This document shows, piece after piece, positions 9,401 through 18,288 of a stretch of 64,000 bases of DNA; within the stretch, counting starts at the first letter, position 1, and each line of letters begins with the position of its first letter. The DNA is from Candidatus Bathyarchaeota archaeon (GTDB lineage Archaea; Thermoproteota; Bathyarchaeia; Bathyarchaeales; Bathycorpusculaceae). The stretch lies in contig CAWHXY010000004.1 of NCBI GenBank assembly GCA_963833575.1, forward strand, positions 800,001 to 864,000, in the 5' to 3' direction. Position numbers and translations under genes: made by a program. Below the pieces are notes generated by a model. It did not search any database. It worked only from the letters and a program-made list of their open reading frames with translations, and was not told the DNA's origin.

Positions 9401-9509
9401 AATTTCAACCGCTGATCAGTACTTCCTACCAGTATCAATTGCAATAATTATCGCAATAGTGATAGTCGGCGCTGTTCTAGCTCTGCTAATGCTTAGAAAA
9501 CATCCATAA
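6486..9509 (+). CDS. Secreted, C-terminally anchored PQQ-like beta-propeller repeat protein (paralog 2)
   Basis: Same architecture as paralog 1 (AHTPxxQIPTYA start of the mature chain, SDxSMxxWMxYVYQQxPxPTN motif, MLRKHP tail); true start may be ATG 6501. Confidence 0.85.
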   Translation: MEKKKMNLKTKTSAIVIAILMIISIGASTSLMPTTKAHTPSWQIPTYAYIVAEPSPIGVGQRIQIYMWLDTVYGAAGGTTAAIGTNASTVSAALLANSYRFHNYKLTITAPDGTNSTQTFATVQDTTSNQYATYVPSQTGTYTFTFNYPGEPYVGYEKSILVNDTYLPSSASTTVTVQQTAIPLPVNSYPLPEAYWTHPIYGENTDWWTISSNWLGSGNPVPAGYTSSTLYHGDAVGPQTGHVMWTKPLQFGGVVGGNQFVAGGSNPNGAVPGAAYFDGVSYQPRFTNPIIINGYLFYTEVSSFTGPTSGPTDAVDLRTGQVLWSKMIPPLSFGYIFNLWDPDQHGVYPPVLVAQIGGGVTGLPVTWMLIDAYTGVGLFNVTDIPGFAGQTGQTVGGQPATALTTFTAAGPNGEPLRYVFENAGTSTNPNWYLAEWNMSKLWLYDVNPYTGGGSLSPDVVNVTVGNGGGNLVVNMPIPLAGETGTTPTGGSVFIPYGSTITVNGSTTTAQGNAISSANPTGKYDWNVSVAWLNTMPLQPAYNVNTGGIVPQVMQGNCPTFLAAGGVNPVSIVAANTGDIMLCRNGTLPTGYATTTTGYPQLPYTMFAVNLNSSRGAIGSILWMKNYDPPAGNITLQQSAVDYQNRVFILSYRETMQWIAYNLDTGALMWGPTVPQAAFDYYGTPGVPTLTATLAYGKLYSMSFAGIMYTYDIMTGNLLWTYGNGGEGNSTFAGFATPYGVYPTFVQSIANGIVYIATDEHTIPDPLYKGSTTAGINATTGQEIWTLSDYPAEWSSSGTAYVVADGYATFMNSYDNNIYSVGRGPSAITVTAPNFGVSFGTPVIIRGTVMDKSAGTMQTQQTADFPNGVPVASDASMKDWMGYVYQQKPLPTNFTGVQVTIDVVDSNGNYRNIGTATTDATGMYSLAWTPNISGNYNVIATFHGTNGYWPSYAESTFAVTNAPSSTNAPTPTPISTADQYFLPVSIAIIIAIVIVGAVLALLMLRKHP

Positions 9510-9535
9510 AGGCGAAAACAATGAAAACTATTTTC

Positions 9536-9550
9536 CTTTCCTTTTTTTAG
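9536..9550 (+). terminator. Pyrimidine/T-rich archaeal terminator
   Basis: CTTTCCTTTTTTTAG after the stop of paralog 2. Confidence 0.5.
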
Positions 9551-9571
9551 TTTCAATTTGAGCTTTAAGCT

Positions 9572-9676
9572 GGGGCTGAGTAGACTCTGGTTAAATTTCA
9601 CAAAATAGCCGTAGTCGTAATGGAGCATTTGCATTTGCTCGTTTTCTCCTTGTTTTCCAGAGTCTCAGCAAACCCT
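9572..9676 (+). ncRNA. Putative structured RNA element, copy 3
   Basis: GGGG-CTGA-[GTA]-GACTCTGG / CCAGAGTC-TCAG-[CAAA]-CCCT; hairpin GAGCA(9623-9627)/TGCTC(9636-9640). Confidence 0.65.
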
Positions 9677-9987
9677 AAACGCGATAGTCTCAAGACTCGG
9701 ATGCTCATAGATAGATGCTCTTGAAAATAGTTGAGTTTTAAACTTAAACTTAAAGTTTTACGAATACCTTGTCAAACACTCATTTACGTTTGAAAGAGAG
9801 ATTGAAAGATAGAAACGTTTAAAGTAAAAGTCAATAGGTTGAAAAAATAAAGTAAAACCTGATTTTAGCTTTTGTTTATTCCATCTTCTACTCTTTTTCA
9901 GAAATTTCACAGCCTAAATTGTTCAGGCTTAAAGCCAATTGATAAACGGCCAACGTGGCAAAAAATGTGAATAGCTATTTCTATTTC

Positions 9988-10188
9988 TTAGCTCCACCAT
10001 TTCCAGCCTAGTATTTTAAAGACAAGATATACTACTGAAAGAATTGCTCCCCAAACTAATGCAGTGCACGCAATAACAAGAATAAAGTTACTTTTCAATA
10101 AAGCGTAACTCGCCCAAGCGCCTATAACACCTAAACCTACAACTAACAAAAAGAAAATGCTTGCATGAATTACTCGTTCTGCCGACAT
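9988..10188 (-). CDS. Small two-TM membrane protein
   Basis: 66 aa, two hydrophobic helices, GGTG SD upstream. Confidence 0.6.
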   Translation of the reverse strand: MSAERVIHASIFFLLVVGLGVIGAWASYALLKSNFILVIACTALVWGAILSVVYLVFKILGWKWWS

Positions 10189-10274
10189 TTAATACACCTT
10201 ATAACCTTCTCTATTTCCGTGTGTTGTTAAAAGATTTTCTATCAATGTTTATTTTCTAGGTAGAGCTTTTTTGG

Positions 10275-10344
10275 TTGAAGCCAATGATGCATGAAGAGCC
10301 GTCTGAATTGTGAAGAATACTTTAATGGGGAACTGAGGCTTCAA
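10275..10344 (+). ncRNA. Box C/D sRNA (2'-O-methylation guide)
   Basis: Terminal stem TTGAAGCC/GGCTTCAA; C ATGATGC 10284-10290; D' CTGA 10303-10306; C' GTGAAGA 10310-10316; D CTGA 10333-10336. Confidence 0.8.
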
Positions 10345-10655
10345 AGGAAACATTGCCCTGAAAAAGCAAAAGAATAGACCTCTATTAACTGGAATGCTCT
10401 TTTACCCCTCTAACTTCTAAACTTATGTTTTAAAAAATCGCATCCACCTTTTCGCTTAACGTTACAGAATTGATACAAAGTGGCGTCCGCCCAAAAAATC
10501 GAGCGAAGAATATATAGTTAAGTCTTAAAACTACTAAATTGCATAGTTTAGTGGCAAAAAGCGAAAACAAAAAGCTACCCTATATATGTCCAAAGCAAAC
10601 AATAATCAAGCTTGAAAGCGGTAGCATCTCTATACTAAGGGAAAGGAGCAGTACA

Positions 10656-12344
10656 TTGCTTAGTAAACTGTGGAACACGCTCAATAAGTTGTCCTCTAAA
10701 AAACCCTTAAAGTACTCTCTCTACCTTTCTGTGATCGTTGTTTTTTTTGCGATAATTCTTGTTCCACCAATAATTGGAATCCTGATCAAAGCGCCAACAA
10801 TGCAAAGCGTTTTTAACCAGCCTGCTTTGATGAACCAAGCCTTAGGCGCTATCTCTAACTCTTTTATTATCGGTTTGATTGTTGCAGCTCTTGATTTGCT
10901 GGCAGGGGTACCATTAGCTTGGCTTATCTCCCGGGGAAAATCACGTTGGCTAAGTATCCTTGATACTTTGGCTGATCTTCCTTTTGTGGTGCCCACTGCA
11001 GCTTTGGGCTACTCTCTTTTGTTGTTTTGGAGCCTTGGCGGAGGAATATCCTCTTTCTTTGCTGGTCCTCTCGTTTCTCCTGGATGGCTTCTTGTTATGC
11101 TCCTGCATTTCACTTTTTCATTCCCAGTTGTTGTTCGCATCATGGTTGGCGCAATGCTCGATTATAAAATGGAGTATGAACGCGCTTCTCGAACGCTTGG
11201 GGCTCCTCCATTGACGGCTTCAAGAACTGTCACTTTTCCCATCATTAAGCCGTCTTTAATTGCGGCATTTTCTCTTGCTTTCGCAAGATCTCTTTCTGAA
11301 ACAGGCGCCACCTTCATTGTAGCAGGGGCAGTATTCATGAATGGACCTGTTTTTCTTCAGAATCTAAGCAATGAATTCAAAAGTGGTGCCATACCCTTAA
11401 GTACTTACGAGGGCGCAACGGTTTTTGCAAGCATTATTTTGATAGCGGTTTCGTTAACACTTTTTGCGTTAATACGCGTAGTAGGTCAAAGGGTAAAGTT
11501 ACCTTTTGGTCATGGCTTGCCCGTTTTCGAAAAGAAACTTAGCTACAAGAAAGCTGCTTGGTCACGAAACAGCATCACCCTTGCCGTCTTCATAATAATA
11601 ATATTAATTCCCTCAGTTTTCGTTGCATTGCCAGCCTTCCAGGCAATCGCCAGCGGAACACCATTAATTCAAGCTCTTAGTGGCCAGGGGATTTGGAGTA
11701 GCTTTTGGCAAAGCCTAGTTTTATCCTACGGTTTAGGGGTTATTGTAACAGTTTTAGGTATTTTACTTGGCATCCCTATGGCGATCCTCATTGCGCGCAA
11801 AACATTCGGCAAATTACCGAGTACCATTCTTGACAGTCTACTGAATGTTCCAATTATTGTGCCCTCAATTGCACTTGGCGTTTCCTTGAAATTCTTCTGG
11901 CAAGGCATCCCTGGCATACCCGAATTTCTTTTGCTAGTTTTTGCGCACTTGGCAATTACTTACCCGTACTTTGTTAGATCTATGTCAGCGGCTATGGAGA
12001 GAATAAATGTTGATATGGAAGAAGCGGCAAGAACTCTGGGCGCCAAACCCTTCACTGTTTTCCGCTCAATAGTGTTGCCTTTAACAAAATACTCGATTCT
12101 ATCTGGCGCCATTATCGTTTTTACAAGAAGCGTAAGCGAGACCGGGGCCACCTTAGCTGTTTCGTCAAACCTGAAGACTGCTCCTGTACTTATTGTCAGT
12201 TGGGTTAATTCGCTAAGGGGCACAATCCCGCCAATTGCAGGTGTTAATTCATTAACTGTTGGTTTAGCTTGTGGCTTTCTGATACTGTTTAGTTTCATAA
12301 TCCTGTTGGTTTTGAGGCTATTCACTAGAAAGGGGAAGACTTAG
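10656..12344 (+). CDS. ABC importer permease with two fused BPD_transp_1 domains (FbpB/ModB/WtpB-like)
   Basis: Two EAA-type loops (ERASRTLGA, EEAARTLGA); TTG start after AGGAG. Confidence 0.85.
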   Translation: MLSKLWNTLNKLSSKKPLKYSLYLSVIVVFFAIILVPPIIGILIKAPTMQSVFNQPALMNQALGAISNSFIIGLIVAALDLLAGVPLAWLISRGKSRWLSILDTLADLPFVVPTAALGYSLLLFWSLGGGISSFFAGPLVSPGWLLVMLLHFTFSFPVVVRIMVGAMLDYKMEYERASRTLGAPPLTASRTVTFPIIKPSLIAAFSLAFARSLSETGATFIVAGAVFMNGPVFLQNLSNEFKSGAIPLSTYEGATVFASIILIAVSLTLFALIRVVGQRVKLPFGHGLPVFEKKLSYKKAAWSRNSITLAVFIIIILIPSVFVALPAFQAIASGTPLIQALSGQGIWSSFWQSLVLSYGLGVIVTVLGILLGIPMAILIARKTFGKLPSTILDSLLNVPIIVPSIALGVSLKFFWQGIPGIPEFLLLVFAHLAITYPYFVRSMSAAMERINVDMEEAARTLGAKPFTVFRSIVLPLTKYSILSGAIIVFTRSVSETGATLAVSSNLKTAPVLIVSWVNSLRGTIPPIAGVNSLTVGLACGFLILFSFIILLVLRLFTRKGKT

Positions 12345-12393
12345 AATGGCAACTTGCAAAAGCGTTAAAAATCTTTCGAAGGAGAGTTAACTT

Positions 12394-13488
12394 GTGCCGG
12401 ACATTAAAGTCGTAAACTTAACCAAAAAATACGGAAAAATATACGCCCTAGATAATGTCAGTTTAATGATACGTGACCAAGAATATTTCTCTTTGTTGGG
12501 ACCGAGCGGCTGCGGAAAAACCACCCTGTTGCGGCTTGTAGCGGGTCTTATTGAACCTGACGAAGGGGAAATTTACATAGGCGATAGACGAGTTGACAAT
12601 ATTCCTCCTGAAGATAGAGACGTAGGCTTTGTTTTCCAAACTTTCGCGTTGTTTCCACACATGACTGCTTGGGGCAACGTTATTTATGGTCCAAAAGTTA
12701 AAAACTACGATGCTAAAGAGGCCGACGTTATCGGTCATGAAGTTCTTGAACTGGTGAAACTTGATGAACGCTTAGATGCTTACCCCTCCGAACTAAGCGG
12801 CGGCATGATGCAAAGAATAGCAGTTGCTCGAGCATTGGCCGCCGGCGCCAAAACATTGCTCTTAGATGAACCACTCGGTCAATTAGACGCAAAAGTACGA
12901 AATGACATACGATATGAAATCAGAAAGATGGCAAAAGACCTCAAATTAACTGCTATCCACGTCACTCATGACCAGGCAGAAGCCATGTCAATCTCAGACA
13001 GAATTGCAGTCATGAAAAAAGGAAAAATCGTTCAAATTGGAACTCCACAAGAACTATATATGCATCCGAACAGCTTGTTTGTTGCCCACTTTATTGGGGA
13101 ATCCAATTTTTTAGAAGGCTACATTGCCCAAACAAATGGGTACTCTAAGCTAGAGTTACGAGATGGATTGAGAGTTAACGCAGTAAATCCCGGCATAAAA
13201 CAAGGTGAAAGAGTAGTTTTAGCTATTAGACCTGAAACTTGCGAGATGAAAAAAGGAAACGACCTTACAGAAGGTTTGGTTGGAAAAATTGTAAAAGTCA
13301 CATTTGAAGGAACTATGGTTCGCTATGATATCAGGCTTGAAAACGGAGACCACTTGATAATAAACCGGCAATCACTAGCTGAAAATTGGTTTGAAATTGG
13401 TGAAGAAGTAACAATAACTTATCCACTTGAAAAGGCTCATCTCTTTCCATATCCTGAAGAGGGTTTAATCAAGGAAATTTCTGTCTAA
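12394..13488 (+). CDS. ABC importer ATP-binding subunit (PotA/FbpC-like, C-terminal TOBE)
   Basis: GPSGCGKT, LSGGMMQR, LLLDEP, VTHDQ. Confidence 0.9.
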   Translation: MPDIKVVNLTKKYGKIYALDNVSLMIRDQEYFSLLGPSGCGKTTLLRLVAGLIEPDEGEIYIGDRRVDNIPPEDRDVGFVFQTFALFPHMTAWGNVIYGPKVKNYDAKEADVIGHEVLELVKLDERLDAYPSELSGGMMQRIAVARALAAGAKTLLLDEPLGQLDAKVRNDIRYEIRKMAKDLKLTAIHVTHDQAEAMSISDRIAVMKKGKIVQIGTPQELYMHPNSLFVAHFIGESNFLEGYIAQTNGYSKLELRDGLRVNAVNPGIKQGERVVLAIRPETCEMKKGNDLTEGLVGKIVKVTFEGTMVRYDIRLENGDHLIINRQSLAENWFEIGEEVTITYPLEKAHLFPYPEEGLIKEISV

Positions 13489-13679
13489 AATTCTTATGGT
13501 TAGGTTCTGCTGTGCTCTACCTGTCCCAAAATTGCATTTTGAAGTAGAGTGCTTAAAGGGTCCAGAAATGTAGACTTAAGTTTGGTGAATTAATCCTGTG
13601 AAATTTATTTCTTGTTTTGGTCTAAGAACGAGGTATTAAATATCAAAGTAAACCATAAGTTTTTCGAGGAAACTTGTTT

Positions 13680-14733
13680 ATGGTTGCCAACGACATTGAT
13701 CAAGACCGGCAGCGGGCTGAGGTTTTTGATGCTCTAAGTCATCCGACCCGTATAATGATTCTAAAAGCTTTAAGCGATGAAGCTCTGGGTTTTTCCGATC
13801 TAAAGAAGAAACTTGGTATAGAGAGCAGCGGGCATCTCTAGCACCATCTGAACAAGCTCAATGACTTACTCAAAACGGATGAATATGGAAAGTACACACT
13901 TTCAGACCAAGGAAAAGATGCATTGCTCAGTGTTCAGGCTGTAGAAAGTACGGCTAAATTAGAGAAAAAAATGGAAAAGCCTACAGGTCATCGCACTTGC
14001 TTTCCTGTTGGCAGTTAGTTCAACTCTTGCGGTGTTTGACTATACGGCCCTCGGCAACCAGAAGGCGTCCTATCAAAATGAATTGAGCAAACGAAACACG
14101 GCAATTACTCAGCTTGACACAGCTCTAAACTTTTCACAAGCAATGCTCAATATAAAGCAGCCAAGTGAATTTCAATACTTAACAACCCTTCCCGATAGCA
14201 ATAGTGAAGGCAACCCCACAAAAATCCTTCTTCTTTCAGCAAACATTGGTTACTTCTACAGTCCTAATCCAAATCCGTTTAATGAGACCCTCAGAGATGC
14301 CTTAACAGTACCATTGAATAATGGGTCGGTAAGCTTACCAGATTTCGGTTGGCAGTATGCGCCAGGAAATTATAGCTGGCTACTTATGAGCGGAGAACCC
14401 TACCTCGTGATAGACGTTAGTGTTAGAAATGATTATACAGCGGCCGATGCTGGGAACAGCAATAATCCTACCGCGCCAATTGGTAATCTTAGAGGTTCTT
14501 ATCTGTCCTATCTGACCTTGACCGTAAGACTTTACGGTCAGGACAACAGCATTGTTCAAACCAAATCCCTAAACGTTACTTACGCCCCAAATAACATGGC
14601 ATTGGGCGATCAAAAATTTATTTCAGAAAGTAGTGCGACAACACAAGTCATCTTTTATCTTTCCCCTTCTAGCTTGAACATTGATTACTACGAAATCTAT
14701 GTCTCTTCACTATCAACCCTTCCGCAATCTTGA
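13680..14733 (+). pseudogene. Interrupted ArsR-family HTH / TM / extracellular-domain regulator
   Basis: VFDALSHPTRIMIL...GIESSGHL*HHL with TAG at 13839-13841; frameshift near the A7 run at 13965-13971 links it to the TM-containing frame of ORF 14008-14733. Confidence 0.75.
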
Positions 14734-14878
14734 GGGAAATTAACTCGTTAGCAGCTTGGGATTCGTTACCAAATCAGTACTCTCAAAGTTTATTGAAGCC
14801 TTTAGGCTAGTTTATTTGTTTTTAACCTGTAATCTTTATTTAAAAGGATTATAGAATTATTAAGACTGAGAGACTCTG

Positions 14879-16231
14879 ATGGCGCTTGACAAATTAAGTT
14901 CTTCTTTAACAGACGCTATAAAAAAGCTGTTTAAAGCTGGCGTAATAGACGAGAACACAGTGAAAGAACTTGTCCGCGATATACAAAGAGCGCTTCTCCA
15001 ATCAGACGTTAATGTCCAACTTGTTCTTGAAATATCAAAGCGCATAGAAGAACGTGCGCTAAAAGAAAAAGTTCCTCCAGGCATTTCAAGGCGCGAGCAT
15101 GTTATAAAGGTCGTTTACGAAGAACTAACACGGTTTGTAGGTGATAAGCCAGTTCCACTAAAAATGGAACCAGGCAAAAGAAAAGTTGTAATGCTTGTCG
15201 GAATCCAAGGCTCGGGCAAAACCACTCACGCTGCTAAACTGGCACGATATTTTCAGAAGCGAGGATTAAAACCCGCACTAATTGCAGCTGATACTTTCCG
15301 TCCAGGTGCTTATGCTCAGCTTCAGCAATTGGCAACAAGAATAAACATGCCCATTTACGGCGACGTCAAAGCCAAAGATCCAGTTAAAGTAGCTAAAGAG
15401 GGATTAAAACAGTTTCCAGACAAGGACTTAATAATCATAGACACCGCAGGCAGGCACAAAGAAGAAAAAGACCTCATCAAAGAAATGAAAGATCTTGAAA
15501 AACACATCAAGCCCGACGAAGTCATTATGGTTATTGACGGCACCATCGGACAACAAGCCCTCATCCAAGCCAAAACATTCCATGAAGCAACACCCATCGG
15601 CGCCATAATCGTGACAAAACTTGACGGTTCTTCACGTGGAGGAGGCGCACTCTCCGCCGTTGCAGCAACAGGCGCACCAATCAAATTTATAGGCACAGGC
15701 GAAAAAATCGAAGACATTGAACCTTTCATACCCTCGCGTTTTGTCGGTCGACTCTTAGGCATGGGCGACTTAGAGACGCTTTTAGAAAAGGTACATGACG
15801 CAGAAATTAAAGTTCCAGAGAAAAAAGCCAAAGAAATACTCAGCGGAAACTTCACATTAACCGACATGTATGAGCAATTCCAAGCAGTAAAAAAAATGGG
15901 TCCTTTCGGCAAAGTCCTAAAGATGTTACCTGGAATGTCGGCTAATAATTTGCCTGATGAAATGGTAAATAACGCAGAAGGCCGTTTGGACAAGTGGGCC
16001 GTTATAATTCAATCTATGACTCCTAAAGAAAAGGAAAACCCAAAGATATTGAACTCTTCTAGGGCCAAACGTATTGCCCGCGGCTCAGGAACAACTGAAA
16101 AGGAAGTCAAAGATCTTCTAAAACAATACATTATGATGCGTAAAATGCTAAAGCAGTTCAAACGCAAAAAGAAGCTGCCTTTCGGGCTCGGCGGCGGAAA
16201 AGGAATGCCAGCGAACTTTCCAGTAGGCTAA
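14879..16231 (+). CDS. srp54: Signal recognition particle protein SRP54
   Basis: GIQGSGKTT, DTAGRH, TKLDG and Met-rich M domain. Confidence 0.97.
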   Translation: MALDKLSSSLTDAIKKLFKAGVIDENTVKELVRDIQRALLQSDVNVQLVLEISKRIEERALKEKVPPGISRREHVIKVVYEELTRFVGDKPVPLKMEPGKRKVVMLVGIQGSGKTTHAAKLARYFQKRGLKPALIAADTFRPGAYAQLQQLATRINMPIYGDVKAKDPVKVAKEGLKQFPDKDLIIIDTAGRHKEEKDLIKEMKDLEKHIKPDEVIMVIDGTIGQQALIQAKTFHEATPIGAIIVTKLDGSSRGGGALSAVAATGAPIKFIGTGEKIEDIEPFIPSRFVGRLLGMGDLETLLEKVHDAEIKVPEKKAKEILSGNFTLTDMYEQFQAVKKMGPFGKVLKMLPGMSANNLPDEMVNNAEGRLDKWAVIIQSMTPKEKENPKILNSSRAKRIARGSGTTEKEVKDLLKQYIMMRKMLKQFKRKKKLPFGLGGGKGMPANFPVG

Positions 16232-16237
16232 AAAGAC

Positions 16238-17569
16238 ATGGATGTTTTACAAAAAGCGCTTGAACTTGTTAGCAGATATCCCCTCTGTGACCACTGTCTT
16301 GGTAGACAATTTGCGTTGCTTGGCTACAGTATGGAAAACAATGTTCGAGGCTCAGCGCTAAAAGTCAGCTTAACCTTACAAGCCACTGACGCCGCCAAAG
16401 AAAAAAACGTTGAAGGTATCAAACAACTAAAAGTTTTAGCAACAAACGGTTTTTCCAGAGAAGCCGAAGAAACCCTAAAACACCTAAAAAAACGGGTCCC
16501 TAAAGCTTCAGAAAAAAAATGTTATCTCTGTGATGGCAAGTTTGGGCTTCTAAATAACTTAACCGACAAATCCTTGAAAATGGTTGAAGGTTATGAGTTT
16601 ACTACATTTCTTGTCGGAATAGAAGTACCTATTGAGGTTGAAGAACGAGAAGACGAGTTTAAAGCGACTTTCAACCTTGGATACAGCGAGAGTATAAAGC
16701 ATGAATTTGGACGATTATTCGGAAAAGCCCTTGCTGAACGAACAGGCAAAACAGCAGATTACCTAATTCCCGACATTGTTGTAGTAATCAATCCATTTCA
16801 AGAAAGGATACGCCTTCAGGTTAACCCACTTTTTGTCGGAGGAAGATATCGAAAACTAGTACGGACCATTCCACAGTCAAAATGGTTCTGTTCAAGCTGT
16901 CATGGAAGGGGCTGTGAGAAATGCGGTGGAACAGGCAAAATGTACCCCGAATCGGTTGAAGAGCTATCATCAAAACCACTGTTGGAAGCCGCGGATGGCG
17001 AATCAACTTCATTTCACGCTTCAGGTCGCGAAGACATTGATGCTCGAATGCTTGGAACAGGGAGACCTTTTGTTATTGAAGTCTCTAAACCTAAGAAGCG
17101 ATTTATCAATTTGAAAGAAATTGAAGCCAAAATAAACGCCGAAGCAGTGGGAAAAGTGCAGGTTTCTCGGTTACGTTTCACAACTAAGAATGTGGTTAGA
17201 CATCTCAAGAAAGGAGAAGGCGCTCAGAAAGAATATCGCTTGCTTGCCGAATTTGAGAATGATATTTCTGATCAGGATTTGCGACTGTTGGAGGAAAAGC
17301 TCACTGGGGTTACAATTAGACAACAGACGCCTCTGCGTGTTATGCATAGAAGGGCGGATTTAATCCGAGAAAGGTACATATATAAGGTTAAAGTTAAGAA
17401 GGTGTCGCTTAAGAGGGCGCTTATGGAAATTCGTTGCCAAGGCGGTCTCTACGTCAAAGAACTCGTGTCTGGCGATGAAGGTCGAACAATACCCAACGTT
17501 TCAGACCTCCTTGGAAACAAGGCGAAGACGCTTAAGCTTGACGTATTAAAAGTAATAATGGATGATTAA
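16238..17569 (+). CDS. pus10: tRNA pseudouridine(54/55) synthase Pus10
   Basis: LCDHCLGR, GREDIDARMLG, GGLYVKEL. Confidence 0.95.
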   Translation: MDVLQKALELVSRYPLCDHCLGRQFALLGYSMENNVRGSALKVSLTLQATDAAKEKNVEGIKQLKVLATNGFSREAEETLKHLKKRVPKASEKKCYLCDGKFGLLNNLTDKSLKMVEGYEFTTFLVGIEVPIEVEEREDEFKATFNLGYSESIKHEFGRLFGKALAERTGKTADYLIPDIVVVINPFQERIRLQVNPLFVGGRYRKLVRTIPQSKWFCSSCHGRGCEKCGGTGKMYPESVEELSSKPLLEAADGESTSFHASGREDIDARMLGTGRPFVIEVSKPKKRFINLKEIEAKINAEAVGKVQVSRLRFTTKNVVRHLKKGEGAQKEYRLLAEFENDISDQDLRLLEEKLTGVTIRQQTPLRVMHRRADLIRERYIYKVKVKKVSLKRALMEIRCQGGLYVKELVSGDEGRTIPNVSDLLGNKAKTLKLDVLKVIMDD

Positions 17570-17585
17570 AAAAGGTGAAAATTGC

Positions 17586-17882
17586 ATGAGAGGTTCAAAA
17601 GGATATTATACTGGCACTCGCAGTTTGCTGAAAAAGCCACTCAGAGAAAGAGGAAAGCTAAACATTGGAAGAATACTTCAAGTCTATCCAATCGGTTCTA
17701 AAGTCCTAATAAAGATGGATTCTAGTGTACAGAAGAGTATGCCTCATAAAAGATTCCATGGCAAAATAGGCGTTATCAAGGAAAAGCGTGGCCGTGGATA
17801 CGTAATTACGGTTCCCCAAGGCAATAGCATTAAAGAAATCATTACTCGCGCAGAACACATACAGCTCTATACAGGTAAGTGA
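17586..17882 (+). CDS. rpl21e: 50S ribosomal protein eL21
   Basis: SKGYYTGTR, MPHKRFHGKIG; conserved position after pus10. Confidence 0.95.
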   Translation: MRGSKGYYTGTRSLLKKPLRERGKLNIGRILQVYPIGSKVLIKMDSSVQKSMPHKRFHGKIGVIKEKRGRGYVITVPQGNSIKEIITRAEHIQLYTGK

Positions 17883-17887
17883 GGGAA

Positions 17888-18226
17888 ATGAGCAAGAGAG
17901 AAATTAGCGAAAGTCGCTTGACTCTGCCACAAGTCAAGAAAGTATTAGAATCAGTCGGCGAAGAAAATCTAGACCAACTACAACGTAGAACGTTGGATTA
18001 TGTAAATAAATTTTCCAAAGTTGAACCAGAGAAAGCGGAAGAGCTCCTTCAAACGTTAGTTAAAGAATATGAAATTGATGAAACTGAAGCAATTCAAATT
18101 CTAAATTGCTTGCCAGAAACTGTTGATGAGCTAAGAATTTTCTTGGCTGGCGGTCGCAAAATCATAGAGACATCAAAATTAAAGGCCATTGTAACGCTAT
18201 TGAATGAGAATAGAATTCTGAAGTAG
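17888..18226 (+). CDS. rpo4: RNA polymerase subunit Rpo4 (F)
   Basis: RTLDYVNKFSK and ILNCLPETVDELR HRDC-like motifs; synteny. Confidence 0.9.
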   Translation: MSKREISESRLTLPQVKKVLESVGEENLDQLQRRTLDYVNKFSKVEPEKAEELLQTLVKEYEIDETEAIQILNCLPETVDELRIFLAGGRKIIETSKLKAIVTLLNENRILK

Positions 18227-18288
18227 GCGCTTAGTGACTAAGTATTTTTAAGTAGTGCGCGTAATAACTAGAGGGCTCAGTGACTATT

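Noticed and set aside
3334-9509. Diversity-generating retroelement acting on the surface proteins
   Set aside because: No reverse transcriptase and no template/variable repeat pair with adenine-specific differences in this window.
6142-9676. Repeat element as a MITE or IS end (imperfect terminal inverted repeats)
   Set aside because: No target-site duplication or transposase is visible, the position relative to paralogous genes is fixed, and the asymmetric bulges are conserved. Disfavoured but not excluded without an ISfinder search.
1-9676. Repeats as a CRISPR array
   Set aside because: Copies are kilobases apart and separated by whole genes; there is no repeat-spacer period and no cas genes.
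15355-15993. Long antisense ORFs in the track (e.g. 212 aa opposite srp54; others opposite DUF99, mcm and glmM)
   Set aside because: They are shadows of conserved genes with no motifs or ribosome-binding sites.
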